DNA of 27,414 nt from Dehalococcoidia bacterium (lineage in GTDB: Bacteria > Chloroflexota > Dehalococcoidia > DSTF01 > RBG-16-68-14), in assembly GCA_040877745.1 (NCBI GenBank), contig JBBDNH010000131.1:1-27414 (forward strand), written 5' to 3'. Shown here in pieces: positions 1-9,105 of the stretch (position 1 is the first letter of the stretch; each line of letters opens with the position of its first letter). The translations under genes were made by a program, and so were the position numbers. The notes beneath the pieces were generated by a model, which worked only from the letters and a program-made list of their open reading frames with translations, did no database searches and was not told the origin of the DNA.

Positions 1-1
1 C

Positions 2-409
2 ACGATCGCGTCGATCTCCGAAGACGCCATGGCTAGCGTCCCCCGCGACCTGCGCGAAGCCGCGTACGCCCTCGGCGCAACCCGTCTCGAGGTGGCAATC
101 CGCGTCGTCGTGCCGGCAGCCTTCTCCGGCATCGTGGCGTCCGTCCTGCTCTCGATCGCCCGCGCCGTGGGCGAGACGATGATCGTCGCGGTCGCGGCCG
201 GTTCGACTCCCAACCTGACGCTGTCGCCGCTGGAGAGCATCCAGACCATGACCGGCTACATGCTGCAGGTGGCCCTCGGCGACGCCGCCCGCGGCACGAT
301 CGACTACAGGTCGCTGTTTGCGGTCGGCGCGGTGCTCTTCATGATGACGCTGATGTTCAACATCGCCGCCCAGATGCTGGTCAATCGCTTCCGCGAGGTA
401 TACGACTAG
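2..409 (+). CDS. pstC: Phosphate ABC transporter permease PstC (5'-truncated by window edge)
   Basis: Frame is open from base 2 ([27 protein letters not shown]..., EAA loop) and contains [10 protein letters not shown]; directly precedes pstA/pstB/phoU. Confidence 0.95.
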   Translation, partial: TIASISEDAMASVPRDLREAAYALGATRLEVAIRVVVPAAFSGIVASVLLSIARAVGETMIVAVAAGSTPNLTLSPLESIQTMTGYMLQVALGDAARGTIDYRSLFAVGAVLFMMTLMFNIAAQMLVNRFREVYD

Positions 410-1293
410 TGGCAACGACAACGGGGCCGCTCGTCCTGCGAGCCAGCGGCGCCGTCGCGCGTCGCCAGGCGCTCTCGCGGGCCTCTCGCTACGTGCTGCT
501 CGCCGCCAGCCTGGCCGGCCTCGTCGTCCTGGGCTACCTGGTTTACGACACGATCGACACCGGCGGCTCGCGCGTGAGCTGGGACTTCCTGACCAGCTAC
601 CCGTCGCGGTTCGCCGAACGCGCCGGCATTCGCGCTGCGCTCTTCGGCACGCTCTGGGTGATGGCCACCACGATTGCGCTGGCGTTCCCGGTCGCCATCG
701 GCACCGCAATCTGGATCGAAGAGTTTGCACCGCGCAACCGGCTGCTCACCATCGTCCAGCTCAACCTCGCCAATCTTGCCGGCGTCCCGAGCATCATCTA
801 CGGCATCGTCGGCCTGGCCATCTTTGTTCGCTTTCTCGATCTGGGGCCGAGCGTGCTGGCCGGCGGCTTCACGCTGGCGCTGATGATCATCCCGATGACC
901 GTCATCGCGTCGCAAGAGGCGATCCGCCAGGTGCCCAAGAGCACGCGCGACGCCTCGCTCGCGCTCGGGGCGACGCAATGGCAGACCGTGCGCCACCACG
1001 TCCTGCCGCAGGCGATGCCGGGCATCATGACCGGCGTGATCCTCGCATTCTCGCGCGCGGTCGGCGAGGCTGCCGCGCTGATCATGGTCGGCGCGCTCGC
1101 GTTCGTCGCGCACGACCCGGAGGGTTTCCTCGACAGCTTCACCATCGTGCCCATTCAGATCTACGACTGGACCACGCGGCCACAGGAAGCATTCCGAGAG
1201 ACCGCCGCAGCCGCGATCATCGTGCTTATGATCGCGGTGCTCGTGCTCAACCTGACGGCCGCCGTCATCCGCGAACGCTTCCGGCGGGAATAG
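409..1293 (+). CDS. pstA: Phosphate ABC transporter permease PstA
   Basis: GTG start overlaps the pstC TAG; motifs LAGVPSIIYG, RDASLALGATQWQTV, RAVGEAAAL; multiple TM helices. Confidence 0.95.
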   Translation: MATTTGPLVLRASGAVARRQALSRASRYVLLAASLAGLVVLGYLVYDTIDTGGSRVSWDFLTSYPSRFAERAGIRAALFGTLWVMATTIALAFPVAIGTAIWIEEFAPRNRLLTIVQLNLANLAGVPSIIYGIVGLAIFVRFLDLGPSVLAGGFTLALMIIPMTVIASQEAIRQVPKSTRDASLALGATQWQTVRHHVLPQAMPGIMTGVILAFSRAVGEAAALIMVGALAFVAHDPEGFLDSFTIVPIQIYDWTTRPQEAFRETAAAAIIVLMIAVLVLNLTAAVIRERFRRE

Positions 1294-1317
1294 GAAGTTG
1301 GAACGAAGGAGCCCAAC

Positions 1318-2196
1318 GTGACAGAATTGAGAATACAGGCGCCAACGCCCTTCAGGCGCGAGGATGCTCTAGTGACAGCCGAACGACAGCCGGCCGAGAC
1401 AGGCGAGCCCGCGAGCGACTTCCGTCCCGCGGAAGCGACGCTCTTCTCGCTCCAGGGCCTATCGTTCTGGTACGGCCAGAAGCAGGCCCTCACCGGCGTC
1501 ACGCTGGACATTCCGGTCAACCGGGTGACCGCGCTCATCGGCCCGTCCGGCTGCGGCAAGAGCACGCTCCTCCGTTGCCTGAACCGCATGAACGACCTGA
1601 TCCCCGGCATCCACGTCGAGGGGCAGGTGACCTACCACAACCAGAACATCTACGCGGCGGATATCGACCCCGTGGAGGTGCGCCGGCGCGTCGGCATGGT
1701 GTTCCAGAAGCCGAACCCGTTTCCGAAGTCGATCTACGACAACGTCGCCTTCGGCGCGCGCGTGAACGGCTATCGTGGCAGCATGGACGAGCTCGTCGAG
1801 CGCTCGCTCCGCCAGGCCGCGCTCTTCGACGAGGTCAAGGACAACCTCAAGGCGTCCGGCCTGGCGCTCTCCGGTGGCCAGCAGCAGCGTCTCTGCATCG
1901 CGCGAGCGCTGGCAGTGCAGCCCGACGTCGTCCTCATGGACGAGCCTTGCTCCGCCCTCGACCCGATCGCTACGCTGAAGATTGAGGACCTGATCCGCGA
2001 GCTCGTCCGAGACTTCACGATCATCATCGTGACGCACAACATGCAGCAAGCGGCGCGCGTCTCCGACTATACTGCGTTCATGCTCTCCGACGAGCAGACA
2101 ACCGGACAGCTTATCGAGTACGGGCCGACACAGGAGATGTTCACCAACCCCAAGGACCAGCGAACCGAGGATTACATCACCGGAAGGTTCGGCTAG
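1318..2196 (+). CDS. pstB: Phosphate ABC transporter ATP-binding protein PstB
   Basis: Walker A GPSGCGKS, signature LSGGQQQRL, Walker [25 protein letters not shown]-terminal [10 protein letters not shown]; GAAGGAG SD upstream. Confidence 0.97.
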   Translation: MTELRIQAPTPFRREDALVTAERQPAETGEPASDFRPAEATLFSLQGLSFWYGQKQALTGVTLDIPVNRVTALIGPSGCGKSTLLRCLNRMNDLIPGIHVEGQVTYHNQNIYAADIDPVEVRRRVGMVFQKPNPFPKSIYDNVAFGARVNGYRGSMDELVERSLRQAALFDEVKDNLKASGLALSGGQQQRLCIARALAVQPDVVLMDEPCSALDPIATLKIEDLIRELVRDFTIIIVTHNMQQAARVSDYTAFMLSDEQTTGQLIEYGPTQEMFTNPKDQRTEDYITGRFG

Positions 2197-2205
2197 AGGC
2201 GTACG

Positions 2206-2871
2206 ATGACGCGAGTATCCTTCGATCAGCAGCTCACAGAGATCCAGGAAGAGACCCTCCTGATGGCCGGGTTGGTCGAGAGCGCCATCGACCGCTCCGT
2301 GCGCGCGCTCAAGGAGCGCGACATCGAGCTTGCCCGTCTCGTTATCCACGACGACCTGAAGATCAACGCAAAGCGCTACGACGCTGAAGAGAAGTGCCTG
2401 GAGCTCATCGCCACGCAGCAGCCGCTCGCCCGCGATCTGCGCACTATCGTCTCCGTCCTGCACATCACGGTCGACCTCGAGCGCATGGGCGACCACGCGG
2501 AGGGCATCGCGAAGGTTGCCCTGATGGGCTCCGACGAGGCCCCGCTGCGGCCCCTGGCGGATATCCCGCGCATGGCCCAGCTCGCCAACAAGATGCTCAT
2601 GGGCAGCATTGAGGCGTTCAAGGACCGCGATGCGAAGCGCGCGCGGGCGATCTGCGACGACGACGACGAGGTCGACGCTCTCTACGACCAGGTCTATAGC
2701 GAGCTCCTCGCGATCATGGCGAACGACCCCGCGACGCTCGAGCGGGCCACGCACCTCACGTGGGTCGCCCACAACCTGGAGCGCGTCGCCGACCGCGTGA
2801 CGAACATCTGTGAGCGCGTCGTCTACCTCGTCGAAGGTCACATCCGGGAGCTCAACGTCTCCAAATACTAA
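2206..2871 (+). CDS. phoU: Phosphate signalling complex protein PhoU
   Basis: Two PhoU repeats with QQPLARDLR, DLERMGDHAEGIA, DDEVDALY, LERVADRVTNICE; follows pstB. Confidence 0.96.
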   Translation: MTRVSFDQQLTEIQEETLLMAGLVESAIDRSVRALKERDIELARLVIHDDLKINAKRYDAEEKCLELIATQQPLARDLRTIVSVLHITVDLERMGDHAEGIAKVALMGSDEAPLRPLADIPRMAQLANKMLMGSIEAFKDRDAKRARAICDDDDEVDALYDQVYSELLAIMANDPATLERATHLTWVAHNLERVADRVTNICERVVYLVEGHIRELNVSKY

Positions 2872-2950
2872 GTCTGCTTGCCACCTCAGCGACAGCGCAC
2901 GCAGCCAGGCACCCCTACCCCAGCATCTTTGAAACGACGATCCTTTCCAC

Positions 2951-3748
2951 ATGCTGGAAGAGATCGTCCTAGGCATCATCCAGGGCATCGCCGAATGGCT
3001 TCCCGTCAGCTCGGAGGGCCTGATCGTGCTCGCTAAGCGCCACCTGTTCGGTAGCGACGCCGGCGTCGACACCATTGTCCAGGAGGCGCTCCTGCTGCAC
3101 CTCGGGACGTTCTTCGCGGCGCTGATCTACCTCCGCAAGGACGTCGTTTCGCTCCTCGGTGTCGCGCGCAACTACCGCAGCGCGGCGCCGGAGCAACGAG
3201 CCACGTTGCGCTTCCTCACGGTCGCTACGATCGTGAGCGGCCTGCTGGGCGTCTTCGTCCTCGTGGCGCTCTCCAGCATCGAGGACCGGCTCGAGCTGGC
3301 CGGCCAGATCCTTACGGCCGGCGTCGGGGTGCTGCTGATCGGCACCGCGGTCCTCCAGCTCCGCACACCGGAGAGCGGCCACAAGCTGCCTAGCGACCTT
3401 CGCACGAACGACGACCTGCTGCTGGGCGTCGTGCAGGGGCTCGCGGTGCTGCCCGGGCTATCGAGGTCAGGGCTCACCGTGTCGTCGCTGCTGCTGCGCG
3501 GGTTCGAGAAGGAGGTGGCATTGCGGTTGAGCTTCCTGATGAGCCTGCCCATCGTGCTCGGGGGCAACGTCGTCCTCAACCTCGGCGACGCCGACATCGG
3601 CGCCGCCCAGGTGGCCGGCATCGCAGCGGCGTTCGTCTTCGGTCTGCTGACGATCGACCTGCTGCTGCGCGCGGCGAGGCGGTTCAACTTCGGCTACTTC
3701 GTGCTGGCATTCGGGGTCCTCGTGATCGCGTCGGCTCCCGTCTCGTAG
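2951..3748 (+). CDS. uppP: Undecaprenyl-diphosphate phosphatase (BacA/UppP family)
   Basis: QGIAEWLPVSS and PGLSRSGLT motifs, ALRLSFLMSLP, about 8 hydrophobic segments. Confidence 0.9.
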   Translation: MLEEIVLGIIQGIAEWLPVSSEGLIVLAKRHLFGSDAGVDTIVQEALLLHLGTFFAALIYLRKDVVSLLGVARNYRSAAPEQRATLRFLTVATIVSGLLGVFVLVALSSIEDRLELAGQILTAGVGVLLIGTAVLQLRTPESGHKLPSDLRTNDDLLLGVVQGLAVLPGLSRSGLTVSSLLLRGFEKEVALRLSFLMSLPIVLGGNVVLNLGDADIGAAQVAGIAAAFVFGLLTIDLLLRAARRFNFGYFVLAFGVLVIASAPVS

Positions 3749-3790
3749 AGCCTCACCAACGTCATCGGCTATCATGGGCGCGGGATCAAC

Positions 3791-4495
3791 ATGACCGAGA
3801 AGCAGAACACACCGCCCTCGATCTTCGACCAGGCGTTCCTCACCGGCGTCCCGGAGGTCACGGAGCTGCTCATCATCCGCCACGGGCAGCAGGTCACCAT
3901 CGCGGACGGTACGCTCGGCGAGGCGTTCAACCCGCCCCTCAGCGAACACGGCCAGCAGCAAGCCCGTCTCCTCGGCGAACGGCTCTCTACCCTGCACTTC
4001 GACGCCATCATCACCAGTCCGCTCAGCCGGGCGAGAGAGACCGCCGAGGCGGTCGCCCGCCATCACCGCATGGAGCCCGAGGTGGTCGACGACCTGCGCG
4101 AGGTCGAGCTGTTTCGCGACATCCCGCGCGACCGGACGGTCAAGGACTTCCTTGGCCGGGCGCTTCGGAACGCCGTCCGGGAGCGCATGCTTCAGGAACG
4201 CAAATGGGATGTCTACCCGGACTCCGAGTCGAGCGTCGAGTTCCGCAAGCGCACCGTGAACGCCATCGAGGCGATCATCGCCCGCAACCTCGGCGAGCGC
4301 GTCGCGATCGTGTGCCACGGCGGGGTGATCAACTCGTACATGGCGCACATCATCGGCGCGCCCTACGACATGTTCTTCCGCCCCGGGCACACGTCGGTCA
4401 ACATCGCCGCCGCGGGCGGCGGCCGTCGCGTCCTGCGCACGCTGAACGACATGCACCACCTCTACACGGGCGAAGGTGACTTCGCGAGCTACTAG
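3791..4495 (+). CDS. Histidine phosphatase superfamily protein (phosphoglycerate-mutase-like), substrate unknown
   Basis: LIIRHG catalytic motif, PLSEHGQQQA, SPLSRARETA, VCHGGVI. Confidence 0.88.
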   Translation: MTEKQNTPPSIFDQAFLTGVPEVTELLIIRHGQQVTIADGTLGEAFNPPLSEHGQQQARLLGERLSTLHFDAIITSPLSRARETAEAVARHHRMEPEVVDDLREVELFRDIPRDRTVKDFLGRALRNAVRERMLQERKWDVYPDSESSVEFRKRTVNAIEAIIARNLGERVAIVCHGGVINSYMAHIIGAPYDMFFRPGHTSVNIAAAGGGRRVLRTLNDMHHLYTGEGDFASY

Positions 4496-4680
4496 GACTT
4501 GGTCGAGCGTGGAGGGCGGACGGGCTCGGTCGGCCTGTCCAGCGATTCGAGCATGGCGTAGTCATCGTAGCCGGCATACGGCGCGTGGCGAACGTACCAC
4601 TCGGCGGCGTTCTCCAGCCACGCCAGCATGCGCCGGGGCCAGCTGCGCAGACCGTGGCGTTGCTGCTCTTGGGCGTTCAT
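4492..4680 (-). CDS. Small hypothetical protein (62 aa)
   Basis: ATG preceded by strong SD GGAGGAG; convergent 4-nt overlap with the upstream gene; no recognised domain. Confidence 0.6.
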   Translation of the reverse strand: MNAQEQQRHGLRSWPRRMLAWLENAAEWYVRHAPYAGYDDYAMLESLDRPTEPVRPPRSTKS

Positions 4681-4907
4681 GGCATTCTCCTCCAGAGGAC
4701 TGAGCGGCCGGTCGCGCCGCAGAGCACCAGAGCCGGCAGCGGGAGGGAAGTTCCTGCATCCCCCATGCGAACAGGATGCTTCTCTGCCGTTTTGGCACTC
4801 TGCGCCGCGCCGGCCGCGGCAACCGCTGGCTGTGTCATCGCGATTGGCACCTCGGCGAAGGCCACCGTACCACCACGTCCCATTCTGCAGCTGCCGAGTG
4901 AAGCCAC

Positions 4908-4937
4908 GGTTAACGCAGATGAATGTCGGGTTAACGC
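4908..4937. promoter_or_regulatory. Direct repeat GGTTAACGC x2 (21-bp period) in a divergent intergenic region; possible transcription-factor site
   Basis: Copies at 4908-4916 and 4929-4937, each containing the palindrome GTTAAC; TACAAT -10-like hexamer at 4977-4982. Confidence 0.4.
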
Positions 4938-4991
4938 GACGTAAGCACTACGGCCCCGCTTCACCGCCCCAGGCGATACAATGTCCGCGTC

Positions 4992-6104
4992 ATGATCTCG
5001 AAGACCGAGCTAGAGCGGCTGGCCGCCCTGCGCAGCGACGAAGGGATCGTGTCCGTCTATATCGGGATCGAGCCGCGCCTGCGCTATGACCGTGGCCAGC
5101 ACGAGGTCAAGTTCCGGGGCGCCACGAAGCGCTTCGAGCGGACGGCGGACGAACACGCGCGGGCCGTCCTCGAACGCGAGACCGGCGCGATCCTCGACCT
5201 CCTTGGCGAGACCGAGCCAGCGGGACGCGGCCTGGCCGCCTTTGTCTCCAGCCCGGCCGGCATCCGGGAACTGGTCCATCTGGACGTCCGCGTCCCAACC
5301 TGGATCGACGCCGGGGCGTCCACCAACGTCGGCCTGCTCGCACAGGTGGTAAATGAGTACCCGCGCTGGGTCGTCGCCGTTGTGCAGCGAGACCAGGCCA
5401 CGCTCTACTACAGTGAACAGGGCCATGCCGAGGAAGCGGGCGGCATCGAGAGCAGCGTGCCGGGCAAGCATGACCAGGGAGGCTGGGCTCAGGCTCGCTT
5501 CCAGCGCCACATCGAAGTCCACGTGGAGCGCCACCTGGAGAAGGTCGACGCGCTGCAGGAGCTGCAGCGCGAGCGGCCGTTCAGCCACCTCGTCCTGGCC
5601 GGCACCGGCGCGCCGGTAACCGAGCTGCGCGAGATGCTTCCAGGCCCCCTGCAGAGCCTCGTCATCGGCTCCGTGCCCGTGGATTTCAAGCACGCCTCGG
5701 AGGACGAGATCCTGGAACAGGCTCGCGCCGTGCTTGTGGACGAACAACGTCGCGTGGAGCGCGAGCTGGTGGAACAAGTTGTCGATGCCGCGGAGAGCGG
5801 TGGCCAGGGCGCCGCCGGTTTCGACGACACGTTGGCCGCGTTGCACGAAGGCCGGGTCCAGACGCTGCTCGTCGCCGAGGGCATCACCGAGGAAGGCTCG
5901 AGTTGCCTGGACTGCGACTACCTCGCGACGAGCCGCTTCGAACGATGCCCGCGTTGCGGCGGCGAAGCCGAGGCCTCGACCGACGTCGTGGAGCGCGCCA
6001 TCGACCGGGCGCTTCTGTCGGGCGCGCGCGTCGAGGTGGTCCTCGGCGAGGCGCGCGAGTGGCTGCTGGCGCGCGGCGGCATAGGCGCCGTCCTCCGGTA
6101 CTAG
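4992..6104 (+). CDS. Bacterial archaeo-eukaryotic release factor (baeRF, eRF1/Pelota-like; probably baeRF10 type with Zn ribbon)
   Basis: eRF1 middle-domain-like GKHDQGGWAQARFQRH; C-terminal domain LHEGRVQTLLV...GARVEVV...GGIGAVLRY; inserted CxxC-CxxC (CLDC...CPRC). Confidence 0.85.
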   Translation: MISKTELERLAALRSDEGIVSVYIGIEPRLRYDRGQHEVKFRGATKRFERTADEHARAVLERETGAILDLLGETEPAGRGLAAFVSSPAGIRELVHLDVRVPTWIDAGASTNVGLLAQVVNEYPRWVVAVVQRDQATLYYSEQGHAEEAGGIESSVPGKHDQGGWAQARFQRHIEVHVERHLEKVDALQELQRERPFSHLVLAGTGAPVTELREMLPGPLQSLVIGSVPVDFKHASEDEILEQARAVLVDEQRRVERELVEQVVDAAESGGQGAAGFDDTLAALHEGRVQTLLVAEGITEEGSSCLDCDYLATSRFERCPRCGGEAEASTDVVERAIDRALLSGARVEVVLGEAREWLLARGGIGAVLRY

Positions 6105-6112
6105 GACGCGCG

Positions 6113-7501
6113 ATGGCGCACGACGAGCTGATCCCCGCACAAGACCAGATCTACGCCTGGATCGAGCAGGTCTTCGCGCAGGGCGTCCGGCGGCCCGGCT
6201 ACCCCGCCGACCGCTGGGCCGAGCGCTTCTGCCAGGAGCGACTTCGCCAGCTTGGCCTGGAAAACGTGCGCGCGGAGCCGGTCGAGCTGCCGTACTGGGA
6301 GCCGGGTCGCTGTTCGCTCACCGCGTGGCCGGAAGCCGCGCCGGGCGACAGCCTGACCTTCGAAGGCTTTCCCCTTCCCCACGCGACGCCGGCCTCCGGC
6401 CTCGAGGGCACGCTTGCCCCGTACGACTACCAGGCCCCCGGGCCTGTCAACGGCAACATCGCGCTCGTCGACGTGCGCCTCGGGCGCATGCCGCACGCGG
6501 CGCTCTCGGAGCGCGCGACGTTCTTCTACGACCCCGATGGCACGCTCGCCGAGAGCGCGCAGGTGCTCCCGTTCGGACGCGGCGCGCAGGCCGTGATGGA
6601 GCCCGCGATCGAAGCCGGCGCGATCGGCTTCGTCGGGACGCTGAGCGACTACCCGTCCGACTCAAGGAGCTACTACGTCCCGTACGACGGCATCGAACGG
6701 CCGATCCCCGGCCTTTGGCTGAGCGGCAGTGACGGCGCACGCCTGCGCGAGCTGCTCGCGGCCGGGCCTGCGCGCGTCCGCCTCGTGGCCGAGTCGGTCC
6801 GCCGGCCGGAGACGTCGTACAACATCGTGGGCGAGCTGCCCGGCGCCGACGAGGAGACCGTGATCATCGGTTCTCACCATGATGGCCCGTGGGCGTCGGC
6901 GGTCGAGGACGGCTCGGGCATCGCGCTCGTGCTGGCGCAGGCCGAGTACTGGTCGCGAGTCCCGCAGAGCGAACGGCCGCACCGCCTGATCTTCCTGATC
7001 AACGCGGGGCACATGGCAGGCGGCGCCGGCGTGCACGCCTTCATCGCCGCGCACGAGGCCGAGCTGGCGCACGTCGTCCTGGAGATCCACCTCGAGCACG
7101 CGGCCAACGAGTGCGTCGAGGAGAACGGCGTGCTGAAGCCGAACGGGCTGCCCGAGGCGCGCTGGTGGTTCACCAGCCTGAACGCCGAGCTTGAAGACGC
7201 CGTCCGCGACACGCTCCGCGCCGAGGGGCTCGGCCGGTCGATCATCCTGCCGCCGGACATGTTCGGTCCCACGCCGACGACGGACGGCGGCCCGTTCCAC
7301 GCGGCCGGCGTGCCGCTGGTCAACTACCTGACGGCGCCGTTCTACCTCTTCGACGAGCAGGACACGCTCGACAAGGTCCACAAGCCGAGCCTCGTCCCGG
7401 TCACGCGAGCCGCCATCCGGCTCGTCGAGTGGACGGCCGGCCGCAGCGCGGCGTCGATGCGGGCCGGTGTGCGGCCGGCGGCTGCGGCCGCGGCGCACTA
7501 G
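6113..7501 (+). CDS. M28-family metallopeptidase/hydrolase with PA-like insert
   Basis: ATG 8 nt after the baeRF stop (the ORF-track start at 5903 overlaps the previous gene); YNIVGELPG, IIGSHHDG, AVEDGSG, LEH, TDGGPF, YLFDEQDTLDKV. Confidence 0.75.
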   Translation: MAHDELIPAQDQIYAWIEQVFAQGVRRPGYPADRWAERFCQERLRQLGLENVRAEPVELPYWEPGRCSLTAWPEAAPGDSLTFEGFPLPHATPASGLEGTLAPYDYQAPGPVNGNIALVDVRLGRMPHAALSERATFFYDPDGTLAESAQVLPFGRGAQAVMEPAIEAGAIGFVGTLSDYPSDSRSYYVPYDGIERPIPGLWLSGSDGARLRELLAAGPARVRLVAESVRRPETSYNIVGELPGADEETVIIGSHHDGPWASAVEDGSGIALVLAQAEYWSRVPQSERPHRLIFLINAGHMAGGAGVHAFIAAHEAELAHVVLEIHLEHAANECVEENGVLKPNGLPEARWWFTSLNAELEDAVRDTLRAEGLGRSIILPPDMFGPTPTTDGGPFHAAGVPLVNYLTAPFYLFDEQDTLDKVHKPSLVPVTRAAIRLVEWTAGRSAASMRAGVRPAAAAAAH

Positions 7502-7561
7502 CTTCCACTTCTGGCGCGAACAACTGCCGCGGATTTATCCTCCAGAGCACTTGGATTTTCG

Positions 7562-7608
7562 TCGAGAATGTGGTAGTATCCGGCTATATTAGTGAGCGCT
7601 TAGTTAAG
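7562..7608 (+). promoter_or_regulatory. Sigma70-type promoter for P450-ferredoxin with a possible TetR-like operator
   Basis: TCGAGA (7562-7567), 17 nt, TATATT (7585-7590); imperfect palindrome TAGTGAGCGCTTAGTTAAG immediately downstream; locally AT-rich. Confidence 0.5.
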
Positions 7609-7663
7609 CATTGCGGAGAGCCCTCGAGGCTCCAAGTTCACCCGCTAGCGAGGTAGAACGCAG

Positions 7664-8902
7664 ATGGCCAACGAACCCGTTAAGAGCTGGGAAACTGACT
7701 ACGACATTTTCAGCAAGGAGTACATCAAGGACCCGTTCCCCATCTGGGACGACCTCCGCGAGAAGTGCCCCGTCGCGCACACGGAGCGCTGGGGCGGCTC
7801 CTGGATGCCGACGCGCTACGAGGACTTGTTCAACATCGCGAAGGACATCCAGCACTTCTCGTCCCGCGACGTCTTGGTCGCGCCGGGCGGCCCGCCGCCG
7901 GACGAGGACATGGAGCCGGACGAGGACTTTCCGGAGGAGCTGCGCAACTACGACGTGGGTGCGCCGCCCATCACCTCGGACCCGCCGGTGCACACCTGGG
8001 CGCGCAAGCTCCTGCTCCCGCCGTTCTCCGCCAAGTCGATCGAAATGTGGGAGCCTGAGACGCGCGCGCTCTGCGCGTCGCTGGTCGATGGCTTCATCGA
8101 GAACGGCCGCGCGGACGCCGCGGTGGACTACGCGCAGCAGATCCCGCCGCGCGTCATCGCCAGCATGCTCGGCATCCCCACAGAGGATGCCGATACGTTC
8201 ACAGGCTGGGTGCGCAACTTCCTCGAGCTCGGCCTCACCAACACCGACCTTCAGGGCGAGGCAGCCCGCGAGATCTTCCCCTACCTCTGGGACCGCATCC
8301 AGGAGCACAAGGAACATCCCAAGGACGACCTGATTGGCTACCTCCTTAACTCCGAGGTAGACGGCGAGCCGGTGCCGGACACGCACGTGTTGGGCACGTC
8401 GTTCCTGATCCTGCTCGCCGGCATCGACACCACGTGGAGCTCCATCGGGTCGGCGCTCTGGCACCTGGCCCAGCACCCCGACGACCGCGCGCGCCTGGTG
8501 GCGGAGCCCGAGCTCATTACCGTGGCCGTCGAAGAGCTGCTGCGCGCCTACTCGCCCGTCACCATGGCGCGCTACGTTGCTGAGGACGTCCAGTACGACG
8601 GCTGCAAGATGAGCGAAGGCGACCGCGTGCTGATGAACTTCCCCGCCGCCAACCGCGACCCCAATGTCTTCGAGGACCCGGACAAGGTGATCATCGACCG
8701 GAAGAAGAACCCGCACATCGCGTTCGGCGTCGGCATCCACCGCTGCGCCGGCTCGAACCTCGCGCGCATGGAGATGCAAGTCTCGATCGAAGAGTGGCTG
8801 AAGCGCATCCCGGACTTCCGGCTGGAAAACCCCGAGGTGGTGACGTGGGCAGGCGGTCAGGTGCGCGGGCCGCGCTCGATGCCGGTGGTGTGGCCATCGT
8901 GA
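7664..8902 (+). CDS. Cytochrome P450
   Basis: I-helix LLAGIDTT, ExxR (EELLR), heme-binding FGVGIHRCAG, DPPVHT; GAGG SD upstream. Confidence 0.97.
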   Translation: MANEPVKSWETDYDIFSKEYIKDPFPIWDDLREKCPVAHTERWGGSWMPTRYEDLFNIAKDIQHFSSRDVLVAPGGPPPDEDMEPDEDFPEELRNYDVGAPPITSDPPVHTWARKLLLPPFSAKSIEMWEPETRALCASLVDGFIENGRADAAVDYAQQIPPRVIASMLGIPTEDADTFTGWVRNFLELGLTNTDLQGEAAREIFPYLWDRIQEHKEHPKDDLIGYLLNSEVDGEPVPDTHVLGTSFLILLAGIDTTWSSIGSALWHLAQHPDDRARLVAEPELITVAVEELLRAYSPVTMARYVAEDVQYDGCKMSEGDRVLMNFPAANRDPNVFEDPDKVIIDRKKNPHIAFGVGIHRCAGSNLARMEMQVSIEEWLKRIPDFRLENPEVVTWAGGQVRGPRSMPVVWPS

Positions 8903-9099
8903 AGAAGGTCAAGGTCGACGGGTCCAAGTGCCAGGGGCACAACCGCTGCCACCAGCTCGCGTCTGAGCTGTTCGACATCGACGACTACGGCTATTCCCAC
9001 CAGAAGAACGACGGTGTGGTGCCGCCTGAGCTTGAGGAAAAGGCTTTGCTCGCGGTGGAGAATTGCCCGGAGCGGGCGATCACGCTGACCGACGACTAG
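8899..9099 (+). CDS. Single-cluster ferredoxin (CxxHxxC...CP type), probable P450 redox partner
   Basis: GTG start overlaps the P450 TGA (GTGA); MKKVKVDGSKCQGHNRC...ENCPERAI. Confidence 0.92.
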   Translation: MKKVKVDGSKCQGHNRCHQLASELFDIDDYGYSHQKNDGVVPPELEEKALLAVENCPERAITLTDD

Positions 9100-9105
9100 C
9101 TCACA

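Noticed and set aside
5903-6112. N-terminal extensions given by the ORF track (5903, 8794, 10491, 14469, 21478, 22326)
   Set aside because: They overlap neighbouring genes or non-coding elements; downstream starts fit SD position, gene spacing and family N-termini better
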